A DNA stretch of 64,000 bases. Origin: Thermoanaerobaculia bacterium (GTDB taxonomy: Bacteria; Acidobacteriota; Thermoanaerobaculia; Multivoradales; UBA5704). Position 1 is the stretch's first letter. Every line of letters begins with the position of its first letter. The stretch spans positions 1 through 64,000 of the forward strand of contig JBGAGQ010000027.1 of assembly GCA_044226625.1 (NCBI GenBank), in the 5' to 3' direction. This document shows, one piece after another, positions 53,101 through 61,946 of the stretch. Below the pieces are notes generated by a model. It was not told where the DNA came from, searched no databases, and worked only from the letters and a program-made list of their open reading frames with translations. A program made the translations under genes and the position numbers.

Positions 53101-53615
53101 AGGCGTCCGATCTCGGAAAGGATTTCTTCCCCCTCGACGCGGTGCCGACCGTCGACCGTCTCGCCCGAGAGGGGGTCGAGGCGGACCACGAAGCGACCGG
53201 GGAGTGAGACGGCGTCGCGGGCGATCACCTCGAGTCGATAGCCCGTGGAGCCCGCCGGTCGCGCGGGGAGAAGCAGCGTTTCCCATCCCTCCCTCTGGCC
53301 GTCTAGATTGGATAGACCCGGGACCGGATCCCCGGCGCCGTCGGCCGGGGTCGCGTGGAGTGCGACGTTGATCCCGCGCTGCTCGACCGTGATCAGCTGC
53401 GGCTGGGGCGAGGCGTCGATCGCGAAACGTCGACGCTCTCCGGAGCGAAGCTCACGCTCGAGCGGTACGCCGGGCACGAGATTAGAAATCTCCCTCTCGT
53501 CGATCGACGCGGTTCCGATGTCGGAGACGAATCCGAACAGGGGGAACGCGAAGAATGCGAAGACGACGAGCGGCGGCGCGCCGTTTCGAAACCTCGAGCC
53601 GGCGAGACTTGGCAT
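50157..53615 (-). CDS. TPR-CHAT domain (caspase-like) protein
   Basis: TPR repeats; ILHLATHG and VVLSGCET catalytic His/Cys motifs; PAYWAGF. Confidence 0.93.
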   Translation of the reverse strand: MPSLAGSRFRNGAPPLVVFAFFAFPLFGFVSDIGTASIDEREISNLVPGVPLERELRSGERRRFAIDASPQPQLITVEQRGINVALHATPADGAGDPVPGLSNLDGQREGWETLLLPARPAGSTGYRLEVIARDAVSLPGRFVVRLDPLSGETVDGRHRVEGEEILSEIGRLRARGDGASTRRIAELAERALPAFRAAGRPHEVARTLFLEAEAYLSLGEAKSAVPLAERAVKAFSALGADAAESQAEALFGLGLAATGDTNGAIARFERALAIEIRRGDAYGEATTRANVCLARQSRGEWRESIPCYEEAIEKLRRVQAVDTAAIAGGNLGGIYDLLGEPEKARAAYEAALPLLRALGEKRGEVSVLNNLGVLLAEIGETSEALERYGQALERAAALGDRGWQARIRQNRGVAYLAAGDEGRAARELEQALALRRAAGDRRGEVTTLGLLGSAKARLGETSAAEQNLEAAIALAHEARWPAQEANALQQISRIYASEGKAALALTTAQSAVDLFRGLNDRRGLAASLSRRGEALTLAGESEAALAPLSEALAIRRSLDDRAGASETLTALAEAERRLKRRQDARAHVREALDLVEVLRSAVVAPELRASFLAGRVRTFDLALELTLDGAETSPSERAGGPRPIRGDAVEAGFALAERARARSLLDLLTDARAAPGGIEPDLRRRAREIGERLAAKARRRIESLANGAPDARSQALAHEIDDLLAEDDRLKAEIAAANQNRSTASSTTVATVATVATVDSDQARAMLRDDELLIELALGERTSYLWALTRGEISAYELPPRAELERLARRVYEDLRKTELGDRRADDEERSARRELSRLVLGPIASRLGDHRLLVVADGALLYVPFSALPIPGDSNDLPLIERHEVTSLPSASVLAALRTPGRGRPEAKERGRRAILVGDPVFSPFDPRVRNLATSVPPTRPGDRAEPPVLQRLASTRREVEAIGALPVFAVGPRRATTLLGFAADRAAVLAGALDDGEILHLATHGVIDTETPRLSGLVLSLVDERGAPREGFLGLADLYGLSLQADLVVLSGCETALGREMRGEGLVGLTGAFFEAGARSVIASLWRVQDRPTAELMIRFYRAHLEEGLSPAAALRAAQRSLRKDRRTRDPAYWAGFVLFGNGGKDGTAR

Positions 53616-53694
53616 CGGGACCCTCGGCGGAAGTTCGCGGGAAGTCTGCCACGAACGAGCGGCGAAGCAGCCCGTGGCATTCCGCTACGCACGG

Positions 53695-54591
53695 CTATCT
53701 CACGTGGGCCACGCGAAAGGAAAATCGGGCCACCGGCTCCGGCCTACCCCCGGTCTCGCCTACCCCATCGACCCTGAGCGATAGATCTCCGGCGGGCAGG
53801 AGCGCCGTGGGGAGCGCGAGATGGAGAGTCCCCTGTTCGTCGGGCACGAGCCCCGCGCCGCTCCAGAGGTTCGCGCCACCGGGAGCCGATAGCGTCGCGC
53901 GATAGGCGGAGCGTTCCGCGAGATCGAGCTCCAAGGAAAGGACCAGCCATTCGGTCGAACGCGACACCGAGATCCGCGTGCTCGGCTCCGCGTTCGGGGA
54001 AAGCGCCGAGCGCTCGGGGGAGAGCGTCGCCGAGACGAGGTCGGTGCGAGGGCCCGTCGCCCGATCGAGCTCCGCTTGGAGCCGCTCGCGCTCCCGCCGC
54101 TCGGCGTTCGCGCGCCCTTCCGCCTCGGCGGCTCGGGATCGCAGCTCGACCTCTCTCGATCGAGCCGACGCTTCAGGACCTTGCCGGGCCGAGCGTTCGG
54201 CCGCGAGCTCGGATTCGAGGCGTCCGTTTTCTCGAGCCCAGTAGAGCGAGGGCAGGAGTGCCGCGACCCCGAGGATTGCGACGGTCCAGGGCAACGCCCG
54301 CGACCGGAGGAGTCGCGCGAGGAAAGTCGCGCGCACGGCGGTCGCGGTCAAGTCCTGGGCGGCGAGGCCCTTGATCCCGCGCCGGAGCGCCTCCTCGCCT
54401 TCCAGGCGATCGAGACAGCGGGGGCAGGCGAGCGAGTGCTCCTCGAACTGGGCCGCTTCGTCGGCCGGCAAACGGCCCTCGAGATAGCGCTCGACGACTT
54501 CGCGCGCGTCGATCTCGTCGTGATCCACGACCCCTCCGGAGTCCGAGGCCCAACCGTTTCCTGTCATGGCGGCGCCCATCGTCTCATTCAT
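53695..54591 (-). CDS. Anti-sigma factor (zf-HC2) with TM segment and coiled coil
   Basis: FEEHSLACPRC; TM segment; overlaps the sigma factor stop. Confidence 0.85.
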   Translation of the reverse strand: MNETMGAAMTGNGWASDSGGVVDHDEIDAREVVERYLEGRLPADEAAQFEEHSLACPRCLDRLEGEEALRRGIKGLAAQDLTATAVRATFLARLLRSRALPWTVAILGVAALLPSLYWARENGRLESELAAERSARQGPEASARSREVELRSRAAEAEGRANAERRERERLQAELDRATGPRTDLVSATLSPERSALSPNAEPSTRISVSRSTEWLVLSLELDLAERSAYRATLSAPGGANLWSGAGLVPDEQGTLHLALPTALLPAGDLSLRVDGVGETGGRPEPVARFSFRVAHVR

Positions 54592-55289
54592 TCCGAGGTC
54601 GCCAGCAGCTCGCGGAAGCGCTGGCGCGCGCGGAACAGCACGCGGTTGAAATGGAGGCTCGAGAGGCCGAGGTCGGCGCAGATGCTCTCCTTGTCCTGCT
54701 CGGCGACGTAGACGCGGAAGAGGATTTGACGGTCGCGGTCGGTGCCCAGCTCGCCGATCAACCGCCGGACCTTGCGAATCTCCTCGTTCCGAACCAGGCG
54801 GGTGAGCGTGCCCGGATCGGGGTCGGGCGGATCGGCTGGGATGCCCTCGTGCGCGTCGTTCGCGTGGTGCAGTCCATGCTCGCCTCGCCGCCGCTGCTTT
54901 CGCCAGCCGCCGAGGAAGAGGTTTCGTCCGGTCGCGAGCACGAATCCCGCGAGCCGGGCGGGCTCGGCGAGCCCTGGGCCGCGCAGGCGCTCGATCACGA
55001 CGCGAAAGGTCTCTTGATGGAGGTCGTCGCTCGCCGCCGGGTCGCCGGTCATCCGGCGCAGATGGAACAGCAAGCCGCGGCTGTATCGGGCGACCAGATC
55101 GCTTTCGGCCGCGGCTTCGCCGTCGCCGATCCGGCGGACCAGATCGGCGGCGACCTCGGCTTCCTCCGGCGTGGACCGGTCGACTGCGATCTTCCGACCC
55201 CCTCGGAACCAGTGTCGAAGCGAGCGGCCCCCCGGGTTTACCCGGTGGCGCCCTCCCGTCGGCCGCTCCGGTTCTTGGACATCCGCCAT
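54588..55289 (-). CDS. ECF RNA polymerase sigma factor
   Basis: DDLHQETF region 2; ICADLGLS..HFNRVLFRARQRF region 4; start uncertain. Confidence 0.88.
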   Translation of the reverse strand: MADVQEPERPTGGRHRVNPGGRSLRHWFRGGRKIAVDRSTPEEAEVAADLVRRIGDGEAAAESDLVARYSRGLLFHLRRMTGDPAASDDLHQETFRVVIERLRGPGLAEPARLAGFVLATGRNLFLGGWRKQRRRGEHGLHHANDAHEGIPADPPDPDPGTLTRLVRNEEIRKVRRLIGELGTDRDRQILFRVYVAEQDKESICADLGLSSLHFNRVLFRARQRFRELLATSE

Positions 55290-55924
55290 CCCGCGACCAG
55301 CAACCCGAGCGCGAGCGCCGCGAAGCCCGGGAACGTCAGTGCGGGGACCGCGACCACGGGTCCTGCGAGACCGGACGCATAAGTGATGTCGCCGACGTTT
55401 ACGATCGGGGTGAGAGCCGGATCGAACGGAGCGGAGATCGTGATCGACTGGAGACCGATCAACCCTGCACTTTCACCGAATCCCAGGAAGCTGACCGTCG
55501 AGCCGCTGAACGTTGCGCTCTCCGTGCCGGTCGAGAAGGTCGCGGTGGCATTCACGGGAAAGACCGAGACGATCTTCATCCCTGCCGCTTTGGTTCCCGC
55601 CGGGAAGGTGATCACCACGTTGTTCCCTCCGTCCTGGACCCCCGTGGACAGGAAGTTCGTGGTGAAACCGAACGGGCCCGGACTCTGGATCGGAGTGCTT
55701 CCCGAGCTCGTGAGCTGGACGGTGAGGGCGCCCATGGCGAGCGTGGTCTGCGCCAAGTTGCCCGGCGTGAACTGATCGAACGATTCGGTGGTCGGTGCGG
55801 TCACCGCCGCCAGAAAGGTGGGCTCGTCGGAAAACGTGCGGGCCGCGGCCGGCACGGCCGCGAGGCACCCCAGTAGGGCGACCGTCACCCAACCGGGAGA
55901 AACGTGCATCGTCTTGCCAGGCAT
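55238..55924 (-). CDS. Secreted protein with an IPTL-CTERM-like sorting signal
   Basis: Signal peptide; C-terminal VPALTFPGFAALALGLLVAGW followed by basic residues. Confidence 0.75.
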   Translation of the reverse strand: MPGKTMHVSPGWVTVALLGCLAAVPAAARTFSDEPTFLAAVTAPTTESFDQFTPGNLAQTTLAMGALTVQLTSSGSTPIQSPGPFGFTTNFLSTGVQDGGNNVVITFPAGTKAAGMKIVSVFPVNATATFSTGTESATFSGSTVSFLGFGESAGLIGLQSITISAPFDPALTPIVNVGDITYASGLAGPVVAVPALTFPGFAALALGLLVAGWRMSKNRSGRREGATG

Positions 55925-56054
55925 TGTTGATTCTCCTCGTGCTCGCTCTCGCTGTACAGAATCTACTGCATCGGGGAGCCCGCGGCATCATCTCCCGCGT
56001 CCTGGGGGATCCGGCATCATTCTCGTCGGCGCTCCGGGGGGAGCCCGCGTGTCG

Positions 56055-57116
56055 TCAGATCAGGCCGCGCTCGACCAGCTCGGACTTGAGGAACGCGTAA
56101 TAGATGGGAGCCGCGATCACGCCGGCGAGGCCGAAGGCGGCCTCCATCACCAGAATCGCTAGCAGCAGCTCCCAGGCGCTCGCCTTGATCTGGGTGCCGA
56201 CGATCCGGGCGTTCAAGAAATACTCGAGCTTGTGGATCACGGCGAGGAACACGAGCGAGCCGACCGCCGCGCCCAGCGAGTGGGAGAGGCTCGCGACGAC
56301 GATGAAGGTGTTGGAGATCAGGTTGCCGATCACGGGTAGGAGACCCGCGACGAAGGTGACGGCGACCAGCGTTTTGGTCAGCGGCAGGTGCACGCCGAAG
56401 AGCGGCAGCACGACGACGAGATAGAGGCCGGTGAGCAGGGTGTTCACCGCCGAGATGCGAACCTGGGCGAAGACGATGCGGCGAAACGCATCGCCGAGGT
56501 GCTCGGCGCGGTCCGTGAGCGCTTTGGCGAGAGGGGCCACCCGGCCGTGGTCGAGCGTCTCGTGGAGGGAGATCAGTGCGCCGAGGACCATCCCGATCAG
56601 CGCGTGAAGAAACGTTTTGCCGAGGTTCGTGCCGAGCGTCTTCAGCTCACCCGCATGCTCGCGCAGCCAGTCGACCGCCGCGTGCTCGAGATCCGCCGCG
56701 TTGTCCGGCAGCTGAGCCGCAACCCATGCGGGCAACTGCTCCTTGGACTTTTCGAGCACGTCCGCCATCTTCGCGAACAGGACCGCCAGGCTTCCCTGAT
56801 CGCTGCGGAAGAACGCCAGCGTGCCGAGCACCGCGAGGACGATCACGCCGATCACGCCCGTGGAGAGGAGGGTGACCGCGAGGGCCCGCCGCAGCCCCCG
56901 TCCCTTCTGCAGGAATTGGAGCCGCCCCGCGATCAGATGGACCAGCTCGTAGACCATGAGCCCGCCGAGCAGGGCGGCGAGCAGATGCAGCCGAAGCGTG
57001 AGGTAGAGGCCGAGCGCGGCGAGGATCCAGGACGCGACCTCGACCGCCGTCGGTCGGGAGAGCGGAATCTGGGGGGTGAGTGGAGGGGAGGGAACGGTCT
57101 GCTTTTTAGCGGCCAT
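56055..57116 (-). CDS. AI-2E family transporter
   Basis: AQVRISAVNT, GLLPVIGNLISN, HKLEYFLNARIVG, FGLAGVIAAP. Confidence 0.9.
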   Translation of the reverse strand: MAAKKQTVPSPPLTPQIPLSRPTAVEVASWILAALGLYLTLRLHLLAALLGGLMVYELVHLIAGRLQFLQKGRGLRRALAVTLLSTGVIGVIVLAVLGTLAFFRSDQGSLAVLFAKMADVLEKSKEQLPAWVAAQLPDNAADLEHAAVDWLREHAGELKTLGTNLGKTFLHALIGMVLGALISLHETLDHGRVAPLAKALTDRAEHLGDAFRRIVFAQVRISAVNTLLTGLYLVVVLPLFGVHLPLTKTLVAVTFVAGLLPVIGNLISNTFIVVASLSHSLGAAVGSLVFLAVIHKLEYFLNARIVGTQIKASAWELLLAILVMEAAFGLAGVIAAPIYYAFLKSELVERGLI

Positions 57117-57211
57117 GGCGTGTCCGAAGCATGCCACAGATGTTTGCCCCGGCCTCGAGGCGCCGTTCCTACGTTGCTGGTCTTCACCCGCCGCCGTTTT
57201 GAGGTCGAGGT

Positions 57212-57847
57212 CTACTTCCCCTCCAGGATCTCTAGGGTGTTCTCGTCGAACAGCGGCTCGTCCTGGCCAGCGCGAACGAACAGAACCTTGCGCGCACCGG
57301 CCGCCGGGTGGGTCTCCCAGTACTGGATGCCGTCGGCCACGTCGCCCCACTCACCGCACGGTGGCTCGGGGATTTCGCCGGGGACGTTCGTCTTTGCCAG
57401 CTCTTTTTCGTATGCCGCATCAGGCACGAAACCGTACCGTCGAACGCCGGCCGGGCCGTCCCCTTCGCGAAAGGTCCTGAGCACGCACCGTTTGGCGATT
57501 GCCTTGTCGGTACGGGCGACGAAAAGCCGCCGGAGGCCCGCCTCCGGTTCCTCACCGGCCATGAGGTCGAAGACCTCGATGACGGGATCGGGCGCCCCGC
57601 CATCGGAGTAGCGGATCGCGAGCGCATTCCGAACCTTCAGGAAGTCGATCTTACGGAAGCCGTAGTCGCACCTCTGGACCCAGGCCGCGAGGCCGAGCTC
57701 GCCATCCGAAAAGCACTCCCATCGACATCCCTCTTGCGCCGCGCGCGCCGTCTCCTTGCAGGAAGCGACGGCGGGTCGGGCCGACGCTGATACGGTGGCG
57801 AAGCCCAGGAGCAGCGTTGCGACGAGGCGGGGGTGGCGCGCGAACAT
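57212..57847 (-). CDS. Secreted hypothetical protein
   Basis: AAGGA RBS; signal peptide; GQDEPLFDE C-terminus. Confidence 0.7.
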   Translation of the reverse strand: MFARHPRLVATLLLGFATVSASARPAVASCKETARAAQEGCRWECFSDGELGLAAWVQRCDYGFRKIDFLKVRNALAIRYSDGGAPDPVIEVFDLMAGEEPEAGLRRLFVARTDKAIAKRCVLRTFREGDGPAGVRRYGFVPDAAYEKELAKTNVPGEIPEPPCGEWGDVADGIQYWETHPAAGARKVLFVRAGQDEPLFDENTLEILEGK

Positions 57848-57928
57848 GGACAGTTTCCTTCCCGGGTGTCGATCGACGAGCTCGATCTACAGCCTGCTTC
57901 CAGCTTACTTCGCGGGAGCAGGGAACCG

Positions 57929-58447
57929 CTACGAAGCGCTTTCGGCTTCGGAGCGAGCCGGTTCCGGCCTGGCCATGGGCCTGGCGGGTGGGAGGCTGAG
58001 GCGCCGCCTGCGGTCGACCAAGTCGACGAACGGACCGGGTTGGTCCTTTGCGCGGGCGATAATCGCGGCGAAGACACGGACCAGGAGCGTGTTGCCGGGA
58101 CAGCTACAGGGGATCGAGGTCAACCGCGCCACGCGCGGGCCGAGCGCGGGGATCTCGTCCGCCCGGCTCTGGTAGAGGAGGGTGAGGCCGACTTCCAAAT
58201 AGGCATCCGCCGCGAGAACCCGCTCTCCGATGGTTTCGAACGTCAGCGCGGCGCGCTCGAAAAGCTGCTCGGCCCGCGCGTAGTCCCCCGTCTCCGATGC
58301 CCTCCGGCCCCGGACCAACAAACCGTCAGCGAAGGCTCGACCTAGAGGCTCCGTGAACCGGTGCTCGGCGCTCGGATCGTCCGGCGCGCCGGTCGCATCA
58401 GGGGGGCAGACGGCAGGGAGATCGACCTCGTTCATGCTGGATATCAT
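57929..58447 (-). CDS. Hypothetical protein with a TPR-like helix pair
   Basis: GDYARAEQLFERA...AADAYLEVG. Confidence 0.45.
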   Translation of the reverse strand: MISSMNEVDLPAVCPPDATGAPDDPSAEHRFTEPLGRAFADGLLVRGRRASETGDYARAEQLFERAALTFETIGERVLAADAYLEVGLTLLYQSRADEIPALGPRVARLTSIPCSCPGNTLLVRVFAAIIARAKDQPGPFVDLVDRRRRLSLPPARPMARPEPARSEAESAS

Positions 58448-58585
58448 AAATCACGGAAGGTTGATTGGTGCCGTCGACCTGACAAAAAAGTTGCGGCTCC
58501 GGCCCCTTTGGGCGAATTTGTTGCCGCAAAGCGGTTCTTTCAGGGCTGGATGCCGCAGAGCGGCACTAAGGACCGACCAAGGTGC

Positions 58586-59059
58586 TTACCGGCCTCGGGC
58601 GGTCTTGATCGCCTCGTTCGCCTCCCGATCCGCTTCCTTTTTTCGCTCGGTCTCGCGTTTGTCGTACAGCTTCTTGCCCTGGGCGAGAGCGAGCTCGACT
58701 TTGACCCAATTGCCCTTGAGGTAGAACGAGAGGGGGATCACCGTGAAGCCCTTGAGCTGGGTCCGGCCGAACAGCTTGTCCAGCTCGCGGCGCGAGAGCA
58801 GGAGCTTGCGGTCCCTCTCGGGCGGATGGTTCTCCCGGTTGCCGTGGCTGTAGTGGCTGATGTGCGCCCCCACCAGGTAGGCCTGCCCGTCGCGGATCTC
58901 GACGTAGCTGTCGCGCAGTTGGACCTTGCCGGCGCGCGCGGCCTTGACCTCGGTGCCGGTCAGCATCAGACCGGCCTCGAACGTTTCGAGGATTTGATAT
59001 TCGTGGGTCGCCCGCCGATTCGAGGCGAGCGGCCGAATCGTCTGTTTCGCGTTCGTCAT
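58586..59059 (-). CDS. smpB: SsrA-binding protein
   Basis: NRRA.HEY, EAGLMLTGTEVK, NH.PERDRKLLL, GKKLYDKRE. Confidence 0.97.
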   Translation of the reverse strand: MTNAKQTIRPLASNRRATHEYQILETFEAGLMLTGTEVKAARAGKVQLRDSYVEIRDGQAYLVGAHISHYSHGNRENHPPERDRKLLLSRRELDKLFGRTQLKGFTVIPLSFYLKGNWVKVELALAQGKKLYDKRETERKKEADREANEAIKTARGR

Positions 59060-59114
59060 GGCGCGGGGATACTACCAAGCGATCGGTTCCACCCCTGGTA
59101 GGATCGACCGACCG

Positions 59115-59675
59115 ATGAGATGGAGATCGGCGCTTTGTTGCGCTTTCCTGTTCCTGCTTCCTTGCCTCTGCGGCTCGATCGCCCTGGCGCAAGGGAAGAT
59201 TTCCGGTCTGCGCGCAACCGTCGAGGGGGATCAGGTGCTGGTCTCCTTCCGGCTCGACGGCGGGATCGACAAGCAACTCCTCGAACGGATCGACACCGGC
59301 CTTCCCACCCGGATCGTCTACGAGCTCGAGCTGGCCCGGGATCGCAAGCGTTGGTACGACCAGGGCCTTCGGCGCAACTCGCTGGAAATCACCGCGACCT
59401 ACGACGCGGTCGCCCGGGAGACCAACCTCCACTACCGTCTGAGCGGCGAGCTCATCGAGAGCAAGACCGTCCGCGACCGCCCGGCCCTCCTGGAGGCTTT
59501 GCGCCGGATCGACCGGCTGCCGGTCTTCAAGACCCAGGGGCTCACCCTGGGAGTTCGATACCTCGTGCTCGCGCGCGCGATCCTCGGCTCGCGCATGGTG
59601 CTCGCGATCATCCCCACCGACGTACGCACCGACTGGTCGGAATCGAACAAGTTCCGCCCGCCGTCCGTTCCGTAG
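59115..59675 (+). CDS. DUF4390 domain protein
   Basis: Signal peptide; G.PT..VYELEL.R.RKRWYD; typical position upstream of an NtrY-like kinase. Confidence 0.75.
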   Translation: MRWRSALCCAFLFLLPCLCGSIALAQGKISGLRATVEGDQVLVSFRLDGGIDKQLLERIDTGLPTRIVYELELARDRKRWYDQGLRRNSLEITATYDAVARETNLHYRLSGELIESKTVRDRPALLEALRRIDRLPVFKTQGLTLGVRYLVLARAILGSRMVLAIIPTDVRTDWSESNKFRPPSVP

Positions 59676-59687
59676 GGCGGGATTGTC

Positions 59688-61940
59688 ATGGGTCTTCGCG
59701 ATCGCCTTTACGAGCAGGGTAAGAACACGCGGACGATCCTGGGCGGTCTGCTCGGCCTGCTGTTCGTCTTCACCGCCCTCTTCTACCTGCTGCAGCGCGA
59801 CCGGGAGATCCCTTCTTACCTGGTGACCAACCGGGTGCTCCTGTTCGTCCTCTGGTACGTCAACGTCGTTCTGATCCTCGCGATTCTCTTCGTCCTCTTC
59901 CGCGACCTATTCAAGCTCTTCCTCGAGCGGCGCGATCGAATCCTCGGCTCGAAGCTCAAGACCAAGCTGGTCGCAACCTACGTCGGCCTGTCGCTGTTTC
60001 CCGTGCTCACGCTGTTCGCGATCGCCACCGAGCTGCTCCAGGGGTCGATCGACCGCTGGTTCGCCACCCCCGTGCGCCCGGTCCTCGAGCAGGGCAACGC
60101 CGTCGCGCAAGCGCTGATCGATCGGGTCCAAGGGAGCTGCGAATCGGCCGCCCGGCGCGCGCTCGCCGACCTGGCCCGGGTCGACCTCTCCGGCGAAGCA
60201 GGGCGGGTGGGGCTCGCCGGACGGCTTCGCGCCATGCTGGCCGAGAACGACCTCGACTTCCTCGCGGTGTACGAGGGGACCGACTTCGTCCAAGGGGTGG
60301 TCGATTCCCGCTCCGGCATCCCCGACCTGCCCGAGCCGGGGCGCGAGCTCCTGGGTGAGGCCGCGACCGAGGGACGCGCGGTGCGCACCGTCGAGCCGCC
60401 GGGGGGGCGCGGGCGGCTGGTCCTCGCCGCAGTCTCGCTCGTCGCGGAAGGAGAGGGCGAAGGGGCGAAGCCCGATGGTGCGGCGCGGGATCCGCTGTCG
60501 CCCGATCCGGCGGAGCCCAAGCCGCGGATCGTGGTCGCCGGCTCCCTCCTCGACCCGGTGCTCGCCGAGCGGACGGAGCGGTTGATCGAAGCGTTCCAGA
60601 CCTATCGGCAGCTGGAGGTCCAGAAGGCGGACCTTCGGGCGAGCCACCTCTTGATCTTCCTGATGATGACTCTGCTGATCCTGCTCGCCTCGACCTGGAC
60701 CGGGCTGTATCTCGCCCGCCGGGTGACGGTGCCGATCCTCGCGCTGGCCGAGGGGACGCGTCGGATCAGCAGCGGCGACCTCGACCACCGGGTGGAGGTC
60801 CCCGCCGACGTCGAGCTCGGCGTTCTGGTCGCCTCGTTCAACCGGATGACCGAAGAGCTGCAGCGGAGCAATCGGGCGCTCAAGACTTCCAACGAGCGTC
60901 TGGCCGAAGAGCGCGCCCTGGTCGCCGCCGTGCTCGAAAACGTGGCCGCGGGCATCGTCTCGATCGACGGGGCGGGGCGGATCTTCACTTGCAACGGCGC
61001 GGCGCTCCACATGTTGGATCAGCGCGAGGCCGACGTGGTCGGAAAGACCGCCGCCGAAGCGTGGAGCGATCCGGAACGGAGCAAGCTCGCCGCCCTGCTC
61101 GCGAGCCTTCCGGAGCCAAGGACGGGGCGCGACCGGCGGTCGGCGCGCGAGGTTCAGATGGTCGTCGGGGGGGACTGGAAAACCTTTGAGGTGAAGGTGA
61201 CGCCGATCCGGGATGCCGCGAGCTCGCTCGGCCGCGTGGTCGTGCTCGAAGACCTCACCGAGCTGATCCAGGCCCAACAGCTCGCCGCCTGGAACGAGGC
61301 GGCGCGGCGGGTCGCGCACGAGATCAAGAACCCTTTGACGCCGATCCGGCTGGGGGCCGAGCGGCTGCTCGAAAAGCACCGGCGGGGCGACTCCGGCCTC
61401 GGTCCGGCGATCGAGGAGGCGACCGACATCATCGTCCGCGAGGTGGAGAACCTCCAGGGGATGGTGGACGAATTCTCTCGCTACGCCCGGATGCCGCGGC
61501 CGCGGCCGGCCAAGCTCGATCTCGGCAAGCTGCTCGAAGAGACCTGTCACCTCTATCGCGACGTCAAGGTCGGCGTGCCGGTCGTCTGCGAGGTGCCGGC
61601 CGACCTGCCCACGGTATGGCTCGACGGCGAGCAGATCCGCCGCGCCCTGATCAATCTGATCGACAACGGCGTCGAGGCGACCGATCCGCCGGGCTCGGTC
61701 ACGGTGTCGGCCGGTCTCACCGAAGGCCACCTCGAGATCTACGTCGCCGACACCGGACGAGGTATCCCCGCCGCGGCCAAGGACAAGCTGTTCCTACCTT
61801 ATTTCTCGACCAAGGGGCGCGGTACCGGCATGGGGCTCGCGATCGTCCACCGCATCGTCACGGATCACCACGGCACGGTCCGGGTCGAAGACAACCGCCC
61901 GTCCGGCAGCGTCTTTACGATCGAGCTGCCGCTGGCGTGA
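59688..61940 (+). CDS. NtrY-like sensor histidine kinase (HAMP, PAS)
   Basis: AAW.E.ARRVAHEIKNPLTPI, NLIDN, DTGRGI, GTGMGL. Confidence 0.93.
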   Translation: MGLRDRLYEQGKNTRTILGGLLGLLFVFTALFYLLQRDREIPSYLVTNRVLLFVLWYVNVVLILAILFVLFRDLFKLFLERRDRILGSKLKTKLVATYVGLSLFPVLTLFAIATELLQGSIDRWFATPVRPVLEQGNAVAQALIDRVQGSCESAARRALADLARVDLSGEAGRVGLAGRLRAMLAENDLDFLAVYEGTDFVQGVVDSRSGIPDLPEPGRELLGEAATEGRAVRTVEPPGGRGRLVLAAVSLVAEGEGEGAKPDGAARDPLSPDPAEPKPRIVVAGSLLDPVLAERTERLIEAFQTYRQLEVQKADLRASHLLIFLMMTLLILLASTWTGLYLARRVTVPILALAEGTRRISSGDLDHRVEVPADVELGVLVASFNRMTEELQRSNRALKTSNERLAEERALVAAVLENVAAGIVSIDGAGRIFTCNGAALHMLDQREADVVGKTAAEAWSDPERSKLAALLASLPEPRTGRDRRSAREVQMVVGGDWKTFEVKVTPIRDAASSLGRVVVLEDLTELIQAQQLAAWNEAARRVAHEIKNPLTPIRLGAERLLEKHRRGDSGLGPAIEEATDIIVREVENLQGMVDEFSRYARMPRPRPAKLDLGKLLEETCHLYRDVKVGVPVVCEVPADLPTVWLDGEQIRRALINLIDNGVEATDPPGSVTVSAGLTEGHLEIYVADTGRGIPAAAKDKLFLPYFSTKGRGTGMGLAIVHRIVTDHHGTVRVEDNRPSGSVFTIELPLA

Positions 61941-61946
61941 ACCGCG

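Noticed and set aside
58450-58586. tmRNA or tRNA near smpB
   Set aside because: No GGGG...CCA tRNA-like ends or T-loop motif visible; no RNA genes recognised anywhere in the window
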